From IMG/VR virus record IMGVR_UViG_3300000115_000012: a stretch of 64,000 nt of DNA; one strand, written 5' to 3'. Position numbers and translations under genes: made by a program. The notes under the pieces were generated by a model, which saw only the letters and a list, made by a program, of their open reading frames with translations, ran no database searches and had not been told where the DNA came from. The first letter of the stretch is position 1. Each line of letters starts with the position of its first letter. Positions 1 to 8,935 of this stretch are shown piece by piece. The DNA is from a virus.

Positions 1-67
1 CACCAGGAACTTTAGCTCTTTGGTGGAAGTCGTCTATGTCTTCCCAATCTAAATTTACTTTAATCAC
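1..67 (-). CDS. 5' part of the hypothetical protein seen complete at 42340-42648 (cut by window start)
   Basis: Same sequence as 42582-42648. Confidence 0.7.
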   Translation of the reverse strand, partial: MIKVNLDWEDIDDFHQRAKVPG

Positions 68-606
68 TTCTTTTCTCCTAATAGTCTAGTCCACATCATT
101 GTTATATATTGTGCCTGAAATTTAGCATCATCTAAAGCATTATGAGCTCCTTGACGATTCACCGTTTTATTGAACCCACCTCTTGTGGACTCATACATAT
201 CCAGTACCGTACGACAATCTCTAATATTCCAAAACTTCCAAGGGATTTCAATATCGTACTGACGGTAAGCATCCTCAAGCATAGAGATATCAAACGTAGC
301 TCCGTTACCCCATATCTTAGCATCTTTGGGCAACCACTCAGCAAGCTCTTTAAGGACGTCGTCTAAAGCATCCAAACCAAAGTGAGCTGCTTTGGCTTCG
401 GCTGTTTGACCTTCCCACCACTCAGTAGTTTCTGAACAGATGTGTCGTTCCTGGTCTTCCCAATCTAACTCACGGTAGAATGTCTCCTTAGACACTTTAC
501 CGTAACGAGGGTCAAACACAATAGCACCGATAGAGACAATAGCTGATTGCGGAGTAGTTCCCATTGTTTCTAAGTCTATCATTACGTGACGTAGTTGTTT
601 AGTCAT
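64..606 (-). CDS. DEDDh 3'-5' exonuclease (RNase T/Rv2179c-like)
   Basis: Motifs MIDLETMG, WGNGATFD, HNALDDA; start moved to ATG 606 behind GAGGAG. Confidence 0.85.
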   Translation of the reverse strand: MTKQLRHVMIDLETMGTTPQSAIVSIGAIVFDPRYGKVSKETFYRELDWEDQERHICSETTEWWEGQTAEAKAAHFGLDALDDVLKELAEWLPKDAKIWGNGATFDISMLEDAYRQYDIEIPWKFWNIRDCRTVLDMYESTRGGFNKTVNRQGAHNALDDAKFQAQYITMMWTRLLGEKK

Positions 607-790
607 GGTCGTACTCCTCAATCATACTCAAGTCAGAATCCAATAACTCACACCGGACTCCTTGTACTCCCGATTTTTCAAATTGATGCCAATACCCGTT
701 ATCACTCCAGTTGCAACCGATATACTTTAGAATCTCATCTTGATATTTGAATTTATAAAGACGACCTCTCTTCATCTGTTCTCTATTCAT
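599..790 (-). CDS. hypothetical protein
   Basis: AGGAG RBS before ATG 790; overlaps the next gene in an operon. Confidence 0.7.
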   Translation of the reverse strand: MNREQMKRGRLYKFKYQDEILKYIGCNWSDNGYWHQFEKSGVQGVRCELLDSDLSMIEEYDHD

Positions 791-800
791 TTCAGAACTC

Positions 801-1115
801 CTATTTAACATTCGAGTCTACTAACTCGCATTCATGTTCAGTGTAATGTTTGAGAGTTATAGACCCGTTCTTAACGAGAATCAACTCAACTTTAGTTCGG
901 TCAAGCATACCTAAGAACTTCATAGTCTTAACCTTACCCTCTATTTTAGCACCGATGTACTCTGCTGTAAAGTGTATATCGGGAATTTCTAGATAAGCTT
1001 CTCCATCTTGAGGTTCGAATATCACCACATCCTGGTTGTTACACTCCAATAGAAGAGTCCCAGCTTGAGCTGATGTAGATAGGATGAGTAGTAATGTCGC
1101 TAATGTTTTGTTCAT
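801..1115 (-). CDS. hypothetical exported protein (Sec signal peptide)
   Basis: MNK-hydrophobic-AQA|G N-terminus; two Cys in the mature part. Confidence 0.7.
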   Translation of the reverse strand: MNKTLATLLLILSTSAQAGTLLLECNNQDVVIFEPQDGEAYLEIPDIHFTAEYIGAKIEGKVKTMKFLGMLDRTKVELILVKNGSITLKHYTEHECELVDSNVK

Positions 1116-1303
1116 AGTGATTTCACCTTGTCGATATTAAACTCAAGGTCCTCAGCATTATGACAAACAACCTTACCTTTAGAGTCTAGAGTTACGGCTT
1201 GTGTCCATTCATCTTCTGAAGTTCCAGTTAAGAACTCTATAAATATGTACTCTTCCTCGGTACGAGAGTTCATTACTTTTAAACCAAATAGTGGATGTTT
1301 CAT
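1112..1303 (-). CDS. hypothetical protein
   Basis: GAGG RBS; 4-nt overlap with the next gene. Confidence 0.7.
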   Translation of the reverse strand: MKHPLFGLKVMNSRTEEEYIFIEFLTGTSEDEWTQAVTLDSKGKVVCHNAEDLEFNIDKVKSL

Positions 1304-1368
1304 ATTTTGTTCCTCTGTTAAATAGTGAGAGTTCTGATTTCTGAGTTATACCAGTTGCTCTCGGATTG

Positions 1369-1486
1369 TAGGGTTAGAAAGGTTGGGTTTTTATATCAAC
1401 ATTGCTTTATAAAAGAAATTTTTTTACTTATAAACTTTTTTCTTAATGTTTAAGTTAATGATTAAAACCCAACCTTTCTAACCCTA
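1369..1486. repeat. Perfect 23-bp inverted repeat flanking a 72-bp AT-rich core; candidate replication origin (element E1)
   Basis: tagggttagaaaggttgggtttt (1369-1391) / aaaacccaacctttctaacccta (1464-1486); degenerate half-site at 1527-1545; directly downstream of the primase-helicase gene. Confidence 0.75.
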
Positions 1487-1548
1487 TTAAAGATTTCAGC
1501 GGAGTCAGATACAAAATTCCAACTCCAAACCCAACTAAACTAACCTTC

Positions 1549-4137
1549 CTAAAAGTCTTCTTCAAATTCATCAAAATCATCGAAGACTTCTTCTAATAAT
1601 TCACCTCCATATAACCAGAGTCTGTTTCCTCCAGCTTCTTTCTTAGTAAGACCTATATTAGTCAAATCTTTATAAAAGTTGTTACGGTTCTTAGGTGTAA
1701 TACCATTAGTTGTACACCATCTATCGTATCTATTATGAGCTTCAGTAGCTGAACACATTTTTATAGTTTTGTCTTCAAGAAGAGTAATATTCTCCTTAAC
1801 AAACCTTACTACATTATTAGCTTCACACAACCATTCATTTTTGGCTTCCTTGCATGACTCAGGAGGAAGAAACTTACCTCTCTCAGCATAACGCTTATAT
1901 CCTTCCAACATAAAGTTTAATACGCCTGCTAACTCTTCATCATCCTGTAAAATTTTACGAGCACGATTGTTATCAGCTGTTCCGGCTTTTACAAATTGTC
2001 GGTTAAAAGGAATTACATTGGCACGACGGACAGTACCTTCGCTTGTATCTTTAATTACTGGGAAGTGGTTACAACACATAATCAAAGAACCAATATAATT
2101 AAAGCTGAACGTATCCTTATTCTTGGGATTAGCCGTCATCTTGGTATTTTCAGCAAGCATCTTTAGACCACTATCATTAAGTGCTTTACCTGCTTTAAGC
2201 TCCTCAATAACAACTGCTAATTTACCGACTAAGTCAGTTGTAATATGACTGTTACCGCTTCCACTACCAGTGGCTAATAAGGCTTCGTCAGCACTATAAA
2301 GAGCATCACCTAATATTCCGTTGAGAACTTTAATAATAGTTGACTTACCATCACCACCAGGACCACGGAACATCCACCAGTTAGCGTCTGGTTTATATGG
2401 TTGGATAATGTAACCTAAGACTTCACCAATATGACGAATCATTTCTTGTGTATCTGGGAAATGATCAAATATCTCTTCTAGTGTTTGTATAAACAAAGGA
2501 CATTTAGCACTAGGATCATAATTGGCTTTCAAGCATCGAAGTTGATACGATTTATAACTATGTGGTTTAATAATATGAGAACCATCGTTGTTAATATGGA
2601 CTTCACCGTTCTTACAATTGATAATAGGTAAGTAATCGTCAGTTTTGAACAGTTTAGACATAGGAGTACTCTCACGAGCCATAATAGTCTTAACCGCATC
2701 TGTCATTAATACCACTTCCTTGACATCTATTTCCATTTTGTCTTTGAGTGTGTCTAATACACTAAGAACAACTTTACTGAGGTAGTTATCAGATATAGGC
2801 AACCAATGAGTTTTATTAAATATCCATATCTGTTTATTAGGTTCTACAGTAATATGTTTACCGTCCTTAAACACAGATTTACGTGTTAGGTTGGACAATA
2901 CCTCACCTACTGAATCTTTCATCTTCTGGTCTAAAGATTTCAAACGCTTATTAATAGCTCCTACCTTCATAATACCACGGTCAACCAGGATTTCTTGAGC
3001 TTCAATACTTTCTTCCGCTGTCGACACTTTAATTAGACGAATAACTTTCATCTTCTCAGAAGCATCAGCGGAAGCATCTATGTCTCTAGCCGCTTGTATA
3101 GCTGCTCCCTCAATACCACCTTTATCCTTTGGTACATCTATTATATCGGATACTTCTATTTGGGAAGCTGCTCTCTTGGAACTTTTAAGAATATCATCGT
3201 CTTCATCTGTTTCTGAGAAGTCGTTTACGTTACTGAATTCTAAAACAGCTTTTGCACCAGATACATCCTCACCCTTCTGTTTAAGCTCATATATAAGTGA
3301 ACTAGCTTTACGGGTTACTTCTTTGTCACCATCTAACGATTCCCAGCGATTACGAATTTTGTTTTCATCACCATCATAGTTAGTATCACCTAATGACCAA
3401 GCCAGGAATTCTTCAATACCGTCACCAGCAGTAGCGTGATGAGCAGCCATCATTAATGGTTCCCATGTGTCGTTACTGTCGTAGTCGGATACATCTAATT
3501 TGTCAAGAATAAGTTCCTGTAATTGTGTACCACTAAACGCACCATAACCAGAAGTGTAATCTGACTTTTCAAACGGGTCACGTTGGATTAGAGCCAGGAG
3601 TTCTTCAGGAGCTTCAATACGGTCAGCTTCGTTTTCCCATAAGTAGTAATTACCTGATGGATGCTTACTACCAGCGGCTACGACATAACCACCTTTCTTC
3701 TTGAAGTCAACACCAGGAATATTCTCTACGCATTTGCGTAACAAACGGTAATCTGCATCGTCTGGTAAAGTGCAATAAATATGGTATCCGCCACCACCAG
3801 TCTTAACCACTGGTAATTCCCAAATGAGATCTTCAAAATCTAAGTAACCGAACAAATCAGCTATTAATTCTTCAGAGTCAATACCGTCAGCGTAGTTACG
3901 AGGGTCAAGATCAACTATTAATTCATTTTCTTTAATACGATAACCAAGGTTATAACCAGAGTCAACCCAACCTTTATACACTTTATTATTTTGGCTGTAC
4001 TCACGACTATTCCATTCAGAATGAATAGGTGTTTTACCACGGTCACTACCTTTAATTTGTTTGTTCCATACATGGAGAGGAATAAGCTCAGCTTGGAATC
4101 CTAGGTATGGTTTTAATTGTTCTGTTTTATAGTTCAT
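1549..4137 (-). CDS. Primase-polymerase / SF3 helicase fusion (Prim-Pol + PriCT-2 + D5/P4-alpha-type helicase)
   Basis: IVDLD..., KTGGGGYHIY, GGYVVAAGSKHPSG..Y (Prim-Pol); INCKNG (D5_N); Walker A GPGGDGKS; CNHFP..KDTSEGTVRR. Confidence 0.92.
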   Translation of the reverse strand: MNYKTEQLKPYLGFQAELIPLHVWNKQIKGSDRGKTPIHSEWNSREYSQNNKVYKGWVDSGYNLGYRIKENELIVDLDPRNYADGIDSEELIADLFGYLDFEDLIWELPVVKTGGGGYHIYCTLPDDADYRLLRKCVENIPGVDFKKKGGYVVAAGSKHPSGNYYLWENEADRIEAPEELLALIQRDPFEKSDYTSGYGAFSGTQLQELILDKLDVSDYDSNDTWEPLMMAAHHATAGDGIEEFLAWSLGDTNYDGDENKIRNRWESLDGDKEVTRKASSLIYELKQKGEDVSGAKAVLEFSNVNDFSETDEDDDILKSSKRAASQIEVSDIIDVPKDKGGIEGAAIQAARDIDASADASEKMKVIRLIKVSTAEESIEAQEILVDRGIMKVGAINKRLKSLDQKMKDSVGEVLSNLTRKSVFKDGKHITVEPNKQIWIFNKTHWLPISDNYLSKVVLSVLDTLKDKMEIDVKEVVLMTDAVKTIMARESTPMSKLFKTDDYLPIINCKNGEVHINNDGSHIIKPHSYKSYQLRCLKANYDPSAKCPLFIQTLEEIFDHFPDTQEMIRHIGEVLGYIIQPYKPDANWWMFRGPGGDGKSTIIKVLNGILGDALYSADEALLATGSGSGNSHITTDLVGKLAVVIEELKAGKALNDSGLKMLAENTKMTANPKNKDTFSFNYIGSLIMCCNHFPVIKDTSEGTVRRANVIPFNRQFVKAGTADNNRARKILQDDEELAGVLNFMLEGYKRYAERGKFLPPESCKEAKNEWLCEANNVVRFVKENITLLEDKTIKMCSATEAHNRYDRWCTTNGITPKNRNNFYKDLTNIGLTKKEAGGNRLWLYGGELLEEVFDDFDEFEEDF

Positions 4138-4147
4138 ACCTGCTCCG

Positions 4148-4381
4148 CTATAGGTCTGGTCTTAGGTACTTGCTAGAAAACTCACCCTTAAACCTGTCAT
4201 TCTTAGAAACCTTAACAGCTCCTGCTTTACTAATACGACCTCTAGTAACCCAACCTTGAGTTGTACTAGACGGAACGGTTAACATTTTAGCCAAATGAAC
4301 ATAACCACCAGCAAAGGTAACTAATTCATTTAAGCGCTCCTCAAGAAGCTTATCAAGCTCCTCTTTTGTATACTGTAACAT
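4148..4381 (-). CDS. Cro-like helix-turn-helix protein
   Basis: LVTFAGGYVHLAKMLTVPSSTTQGWVTRGRIS resembles a Cro HTH; start moved to ATG 4381 behind GAGG. Confidence 0.65.
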   Translation of the reverse strand: MLQYTKEELDKLLEERLNELVTFAGGYVHLAKMLTVPSSTTQGWVTRGRISKAGAVKVSKNDRFKGEFSSKYLRPDL

Positions 4382-4416
4382 GGCTACGACCTCTTTTAAT
4401 ATTAATAAGTGCGTCA

Positions 4417-4445
4417 AGTATGCGTCATAAATCGCGTAATGTAAA
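4417..4445 (-). promoter_or_regulatory. sigma70-like promoter for the HTH/primase operon
   Basis: TTTACA-17 bp-CATACT. Confidence 0.65.
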
Positions 4446-4481
4446 GCCAAAAATATTTACAAGTTTTTGAGTAAATAATGT

Positions 4482-4510
4482 TTGCTTTATGCGTAACGTT
4501 ACCCCATAAT
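4482..4510 (+). promoter_or_regulatory. sigma70-like early promoter (divergent)
   Basis: TTGCTT-17 bp-CATAAT; palindrome GTAACGTTAC (4493-4502) in the spacer. Confidence 0.7.
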
Positions 4511-4589
4511 GATTCGTACTAGCAGGGAGTAACACAGAAAGCTAGTTAAAACAGTATAAACCCTTAACTTAATTTTAAAGGAGTCAGCA

Positions 4590-5261
4590 ATGACTAACCA
4601 CGTAACTTACGCAATTGAACTAACGCCTGAAAATGCACCAAAAATTGATGCAATCAACCGTATCATCCTGGGTACTGCTTATTCAACTGTTGAAACCAAA
4701 GTAGCGGCAACTGAGATTGAGCAAAAAGCAACTAAAGCTTCAGCTCAAGCAAAAGCTGATAAAGCGGTTACAGCAGACAACCAAAAAGTAGCTCAGCAAG
4801 CCAAAGCGGAACAGGAAGCAGAAGCTTCTAGCATAACCCTTGATGATGTTAAAAAAGCAGCTAAGAAAGCCAAAGCTGACCACGGTGAAGAGTTCACTAT
4901 GGAAGTGCTTAAAACAGCAGGTGTTGACGTAGCTGCAACTCTTGGCCGTAGTATGGCTAAAATCGATGCTGATATGTACGACGCTATTATTGCCGCTTGG
5001 GTTGAAGGACCTCAAGTAACTGAACAGGCTTCTGATGAACCTGAAGACGACCTTGATGAAGATGATGGTTTCGGTGACGATGAAGAAGATACTGCTGAAG
5101 TAACAGCCGATGCAGTTAAGACAGCTCTTAAGGCTTATGCTAAAGAAGTTGGTCGTGACGAAGCTAAAGAAATCATGCAGAAACACGGTGCAGCGGCTTT
5201 AAGTAAAGTTGACGACTGTACTCCTAAGCAACTATCAGCTATGTTCGCTGAATTAGTTTAA
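4590..5261 (+). CDS. hypothetical acidic Ala/Lys-rich protein with an internally duplicated helical domain (type usually found upstream of DUF2800/DUF2815)
   Basis: ITLDDVKKAAKKAKADHGEE / VTADAVKTALKAYAKEVGRD repeats; AAGGAG RBS. Confidence 0.8.
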   Translation: MTNHVTYAIELTPENAPKIDAINRIILGTAYSTVETKVAATEIEQKATKASAQAKADKAVTADNQKVAQQAKAEQEAEASSITLDDVKKAAKKAKADHGEEFTMEVLKTAGVDVAATLGRSMAKIDADMYDAIIAAWVEGPQVTEQASDEPEDDLDEDDGFGDDEEDTAEVTADAVKTALKAYAKEVGRDEAKEIMQKHGAAALSKVDDCTPKQLSAMFAELV

Positions 5262-5269
5262 TCCTTATT

Positions 5270-5300
5270 GTCCTGGTTACTTCGGTAATCAGGACTCCTT
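5270..5300 (+). terminator. Rho-independent terminator
   Basis: gtcctggttac-TTCG-gtaatcaggac, C(UUCG)G loop. Confidence 0.7.
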
Positions 5301-5314
5301 ATTTGGAGACTATC

Positions 5315-5932
5315 ATGTCTAATCAAATTTTAATTACTCTTAGTGCCATAGCTGCTTTCCCTTCTTGCGTTGAAGCAATGGGTGAAGGTTGGGACAATTT
5401 AGTAGAGTTAACCGAAGGTGATATGGATAAAGAATTCCCTGTGTCCTCAATACTTACATCTAACGGTTTTAACGATACTTTGTCAATCCTAAACTTCTTA
5501 CCTGATTATAAATCCCTTTGGATTAAGTTTGGTAATTGGTGCGCTTTACAAAATATAGAAAAGATTAAGAATTATTGTTCAGATGAAGATTACCAAGTGT
5601 TAATTGCTTATTTAAATGGTGATGACTCATTGGTCGATAAAGCTTATGAAGTGGTTAAGACTACTGAAGATTCAGTTAGGGTCTCAGCTAAGTCATTGGA
5701 AGTCGGTTCCTCAAAATCATTAAAATTAGAGATTGAATTGGCTAAATCATCAGCTCATTCAGCTCGCATAGCTGTAGAGTTGAAATTCAGATCTTCCTAT
5801 GGATTGTTACGCTCAGTAGCACTATCGGCTTGTAATTCCTTACGATCAGAAAATGCTGCTGTATGTCCATCTACACGGATTAATCAAGAGAATAAGCTTA
5901 AAGAAATTCTTGATTCAGGTGAGTTTAAATAA
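5315..5932 (+). CDS. conserved phage hypothetical protein
   Basis: GGAG RBS; SILTSNGFNDTL resembles the widespread 'ILxSNGLDDALW' phage family. Confidence 0.7.
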   Translation: MSNQILITLSAIAAFPSCVEAMGEGWDNLVELTEGDMDKEFPVSSILTSNGFNDTLSILNFLPDYKSLWIKFGNWCALQNIEKIKNYCSDEDYQVLIAYLNGDDSLVDKAYEVVKTTEDSVRVSAKSLEVGSSKSLKLEIELAKSSAHSARIAVELKFRSSYGLLRSVALSACNSLRSENAAVCPSTRINQENKLKEILDSGEFK

Positions 5933-5997
5933 TAGCAGTCTTATTTATCCTGACTACTTGGGTGGTCAGGGTTATTTCATAAGAGATAGGATAAACC

Positions 5998-6026
5998 TTG
6001 CTTTTATGAAATATCTACTAAATAAT
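5998..6026 (+). promoter_or_regulatory. sigma70-like promoter
   Basis: TTGCTT-17 bp-AATAAT. Confidence 0.65.
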
Positions 6027-6050
6027 AAAACAGCTTAACAGGAGACCAGT

Positions 6051-6368
6051 ATGAGTTCCCAAATGACCCAACAAGATTGGGAGAATTTACATCAGGAATG
6101 GTTGGAGTCGTTTAGAACTTCTCATACTACTCCTGGTGAGTTCAAACATCAGTACCAGTACGAGCCAAAGGTGGATACCACTGGTTATAAGTTTCTACGT
6201 AAGATAGGTAGAGGTACACCGAAGGCTCAATTCTTCTTAACTGAAGATGGTATAGCCGGAGATTTCGGGTTCTGGTGTCCCAAGTCTGCAATCGTGTCAG
6301 TTAGCGAGGATGAAGTTAAAGTCGCTAGTTGGTGTAAAATTAAAGTAATCGAATATAATAGGTATTGA
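6051..6368 (+). CDS. hypothetical protein
   Basis: AGGAG RBS, operon position. Confidence 0.75.
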   Translation: MSSQMTQQDWENLHQEWLESFRTSHTTPGEFKHQYQYEPKVDTTGYKFLRKIGRGTPKAQFFLTEDGIAGDFGFWCPKSAIVSVSEDEVKVASWCKIKVIEYNRY

Positions 6369-6369
6369 T

Positions 6370-7632
6370 ATGGCCGATTTAGTAGAAGAGAAACAACATG
6401 CTCGGTTGAGTCCGAGTGCAGCCAAACGTTGGATGTTATGTCCTGGTTCCATTGGTATGACTGAAAAGTTAAATATCCAAGACAAGCCAAGTCGTTTCGC
6501 AGCTGAAGGTACGGTAGCTCATGAAGTCCATGAACTTTGTTTAGTTAAGAATCACGTAGCCCAGGATTACTTCGGTAAAACTATTGAGGCCGATGGGTTC
6601 AAATTCAAAGTTAACGATAACATGATTGAAGCTGTACAACTTAGCTTAGATTATATCCAAGAACGTATTGAGATGGCCGAGCTAATTGGTTGGACTGTTA
6701 AGGTTAAAGTGGAAGTTCGCTGTTCACTTAAATCACTTGGAGTTCCTGGTCTTGATGGTGGTACATCGGATGTTATCTTAGAATTCTGGGATGGTAATAC
6801 CTTAATGGAAGTTGAGGTATTCGATTACAAACATGGAGCAGGAGTGGCAGTTGAGGCGATTGATAACCCTCAGGCTATGTGTTACGGTTTAGGTGTAATT
6901 TTGTTACCTGAGTACGCTGACCAGGATATTCCAGACGGTGTAACTATTACCATTAGTCAACCTCGTGCTCATCATCCTGACGGTCGTATTCGTAGTTGGA
7001 AAACTACCAAACAACATTTACTTGACTGGTGTGAAGAAGATCTAGTTCCAAAGGCTAAAGCTACTCTTGAAGAAGATGCACATTTAGAACCAAGTGATGA
7101 CGGTTGTCGTTTCTGTCCTGTGGCAGGTCAATGTCCTAGACTTTTTGAGCGTACCCAGGAAGTTGCGATGTTAGATTTTGCTGATTCTGACGATGAACCT
7201 AAACTACCGGATGTAAATACGTTAACAGCTGAGCAGAAGCGTTTTATAATGGATCATGCTGGTATGTTACGTTCGTTTATTGTGGCGGTTGAGAACCAAG
7301 TCAAGCATGAAGTTGACCACGGTAGTCAGGATTACGAAGGTCATTACAAGTTAGTACGTAAAACAACAAGACGTAAATTCGTTGAAGATGCACTTGACGA
7401 ACTTACTTCACCTCTACTAGACCATCTAGCACATGAAGATGTCTATGAAGAGAAGTCTCGTTCTATGACTGAAATTGAGCGTCGCCTTAAGAAAGCTATA
7501 GGGGTAAAAGATGCTAAAGAAGTTATGGATGAGGTCACTACCAAACCAGAAGGTGAATTAGTGATTGCTCCTCAATCCGATAAGCGTAAAGCTCAACAGC
7601 CTAGTCTTATCGGTGATTTTAACGGTATGTAA
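6370..7632 (+). CDS. Cas4-like PD-(D/E)xK exonuclease (DUF2800 family)
   Basis: HARLSPSAAKRW..CPGS, GTVAHE, GTSDV, DYKHG, NPQ..CYGLG, CRFCP....C. Confidence 0.88.
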   Translation: MADLVEEKQHARLSPSAAKRWMLCPGSIGMTEKLNIQDKPSRFAAEGTVAHEVHELCLVKNHVAQDYFGKTIEADGFKFKVNDNMIEAVQLSLDYIQERIEMAELIGWTVKVKVEVRCSLKSLGVPGLDGGTSDVILEFWDGNTLMEVEVFDYKHGAGVAVEAIDNPQAMCYGLGVILLPEYADQDIPDGVTITISQPRAHHPDGRIRSWKTTKQHLLDWCEEDLVPKAKATLEEDAHLEPSDDGCRFCPVAGQCPRLFERTQEVAMLDFADSDDEPKLPDVNTLTAEQKRFIMDHAGMLRSFIVAVENQVKHEVDHGSQDYEGHYKLVRKTTRRKFVEDALDELTSPLLDHLAHEDVYEEKSRSMTEIERRLKKAIGVKDAKEVMDEVTTKPEGELVIAPQSDKRKAQQPSLIGDFNGM

Positions 7633-7737
7633 CATTAATACCAAATAACCCTTTACTTACGATTACCGTTAAGTAAAAATTTTAACCAGACCAATAATGG
7701 TCTACACACTAAAACAGTAATATAGGAAACCTAGATT

Positions 7738-8274
7738 ATGGCTAAAGTAATCCTTCAAGATGTTCGTTGTTCATACGTATTTGCTCACCAAGAGCGTAAA
7801 GACGGTGGATTCGGTGTTCAACCTTTGGTAGAGAAAGGTTCAGCTCTTCATAAGAAACTTATCAAGATTGTTGATAAAGTTCTTGTTGAGAAGTTCGGCC
7901 AAGATGCTCTTAAGAAGAAAGCTCGTTACAAGCTACCTTTACGTGACGGTGATGAAGAACGTGACAGTGAAGAATATGAAGGTATGATCTTCTTCAATGC
8001 GAATTCAGGTAAGAAACCTGGAATCGTAAATCGTAACAACGAACCAGCTGATATTGACGATATTGAAGAATATTGTTACAGCGGTGCTTACTTCCATGTA
8101 TCCGTTAACATTTATCCATTTGATGCTAAAGATGGCGGTAAACCTGGAATTGCAGTTGGTCTAAACAATATTATGCTTCGTAAGAAGGGTGATCGTTTAG
8201 ATGGTTCGGTATCGGCTACAAGTGAGTTCGCTGACTTTGCAGAAGATGACGATTTCGAAGATGACGACTTTTAA
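7738..8274 (+). CDS. ssDNA-binding/annealing protein (DUF2815 family)
   Basis: VRCSY.F, LPLRDGD, YCYSGAY...SVN.YPF, GLNNIM..K.GDRL; acidic tail ending in F. Confidence 0.88.
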   Translation: MAKVILQDVRCSYVFAHQERKDGGFGVQPLVEKGSALHKKLIKIVDKVLVEKFGQDALKKKARYKLPLRDGDEERDSEEYEGMIFFNANSGKKPGIVNRNNEPADIDDIEEYCYSGAYFHVSVNIYPFDAKDGGKPGIAVGLNNIMLRKKGDRLDGSVSATSEFADFAEDDDFEDDDF

Positions 8275-8287
8275 GTGAGTTAAGGAT

Positions 8288-8312
8288 AGGAGGGCTTCGG
8301 CTCTCCTTTTCT
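8288..8312 (+). terminator. Rho-independent terminator
   Basis: aggagggc-TTCG-gctctcct followed by a T-tract. Confidence 0.8.
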
Positions 8313-8319
8313 ATTTATT

Positions 8320-8541
8320 ATGAATGATAATAATGAAATGTGGTCAATGACCTTAAACATGGTTATCGCAGCTTATCTCCACAAAGACCCAGACACTCAG
8401 GTTAGAAGAATGGCTAAGCGATATAAGAAATCAACCAAAGATAAGACCGCCCAAAGGACTCTAAGGGTTATAATTAAAAGTCCTCAACCTTCTAAGGTGG
8501 TTAAGGTAGCGTACGATGAACTCACAAGCGAGATGGACTAA
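8320..8541 (+). CDS. hypothetical basic protein
   Basis: ORF track; fills the intergenic space. Confidence 0.6.
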   Translation: MNDNNEMWSMTLNMVIAAYLHKDPDTQVRRMAKRYKKSTKDKTAQRTLRVIIKSPQPSKVVKVAYDELTSEMD

Positions 8542-8824
8542 TTACCCAGGAACTCCAACTGGTAACGGTTTAAAAATAAATGATATAAAAGGTTATAAAC
8601 ATCTAGACCCAAGGTCAAAACGTCTAGCTAGAACCAGAGCAACAAAACTCCTCCAATCTATGCAAGTAGGTCAGTCTTATTTGCAAACCTCCATTCTACC
8701 TCCCTACCTAATCCTAGAACTTTGGAACAACGAAGTTTTCTACAAAGACCTAAACAACTTTAAATTAGTAACCGAAACATCGTTCGATGGCGGTACAAAT
8801 TTCTACGTTGAAAATAAATCGTAA
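8516..8824 (+). CDS. hypothetical protein
   Basis: ORF track; start uncertain (26-nt overlap). Confidence 0.55.
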   Translation: MNSQARWTNYPGTPTGNGLKINDIKGYKHLDPRSKRLARTRATKLLQSMQVGQSYLQTSILPPYLILELWNNEVFYKDLNNFKLVTETSFDGGTNFYVENKS

Positions 8825-8841
8825 ATATTTCTCATAAACGC

Positions 8842-8870
8842 TTTACATCTGTTCAAAGATGATGAATAAT
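8842..8870 (+). promoter_or_regulatory. sigma70-like promoter
   Basis: TTTACA-17 bp-AATAAT; GTAAATATTT upstream; inverted repeat catct/agatg in the spacer. Confidence 0.7.
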
Positions 8871-8935
8871 GAGTTTCAAGGTTGAGGTGAGTTACTTCAA
8901 CCTACTCTAAAACACTAAAACAGGAAAAACACATT

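Noticed and set aside
4148-4589. Lysogeny switch / prophage
   Set aside because: There is only a Cro-like HTH; no integrase, CI with a peptidase domain, partition genes or flanking host DNA.
6370-7632. Cas4-like nuclease as a sign of a CRISPR system
   Set aside because: No repeat-spacer array or other cas genes; the DUF2800 + DUF2815 pairing is a standard phage recombination module.
7652-7679. Hairpin tttactta/taagtaaa as an ncRNA
   Set aside because: Short AT-only stem; most simply a weak terminator or chance.
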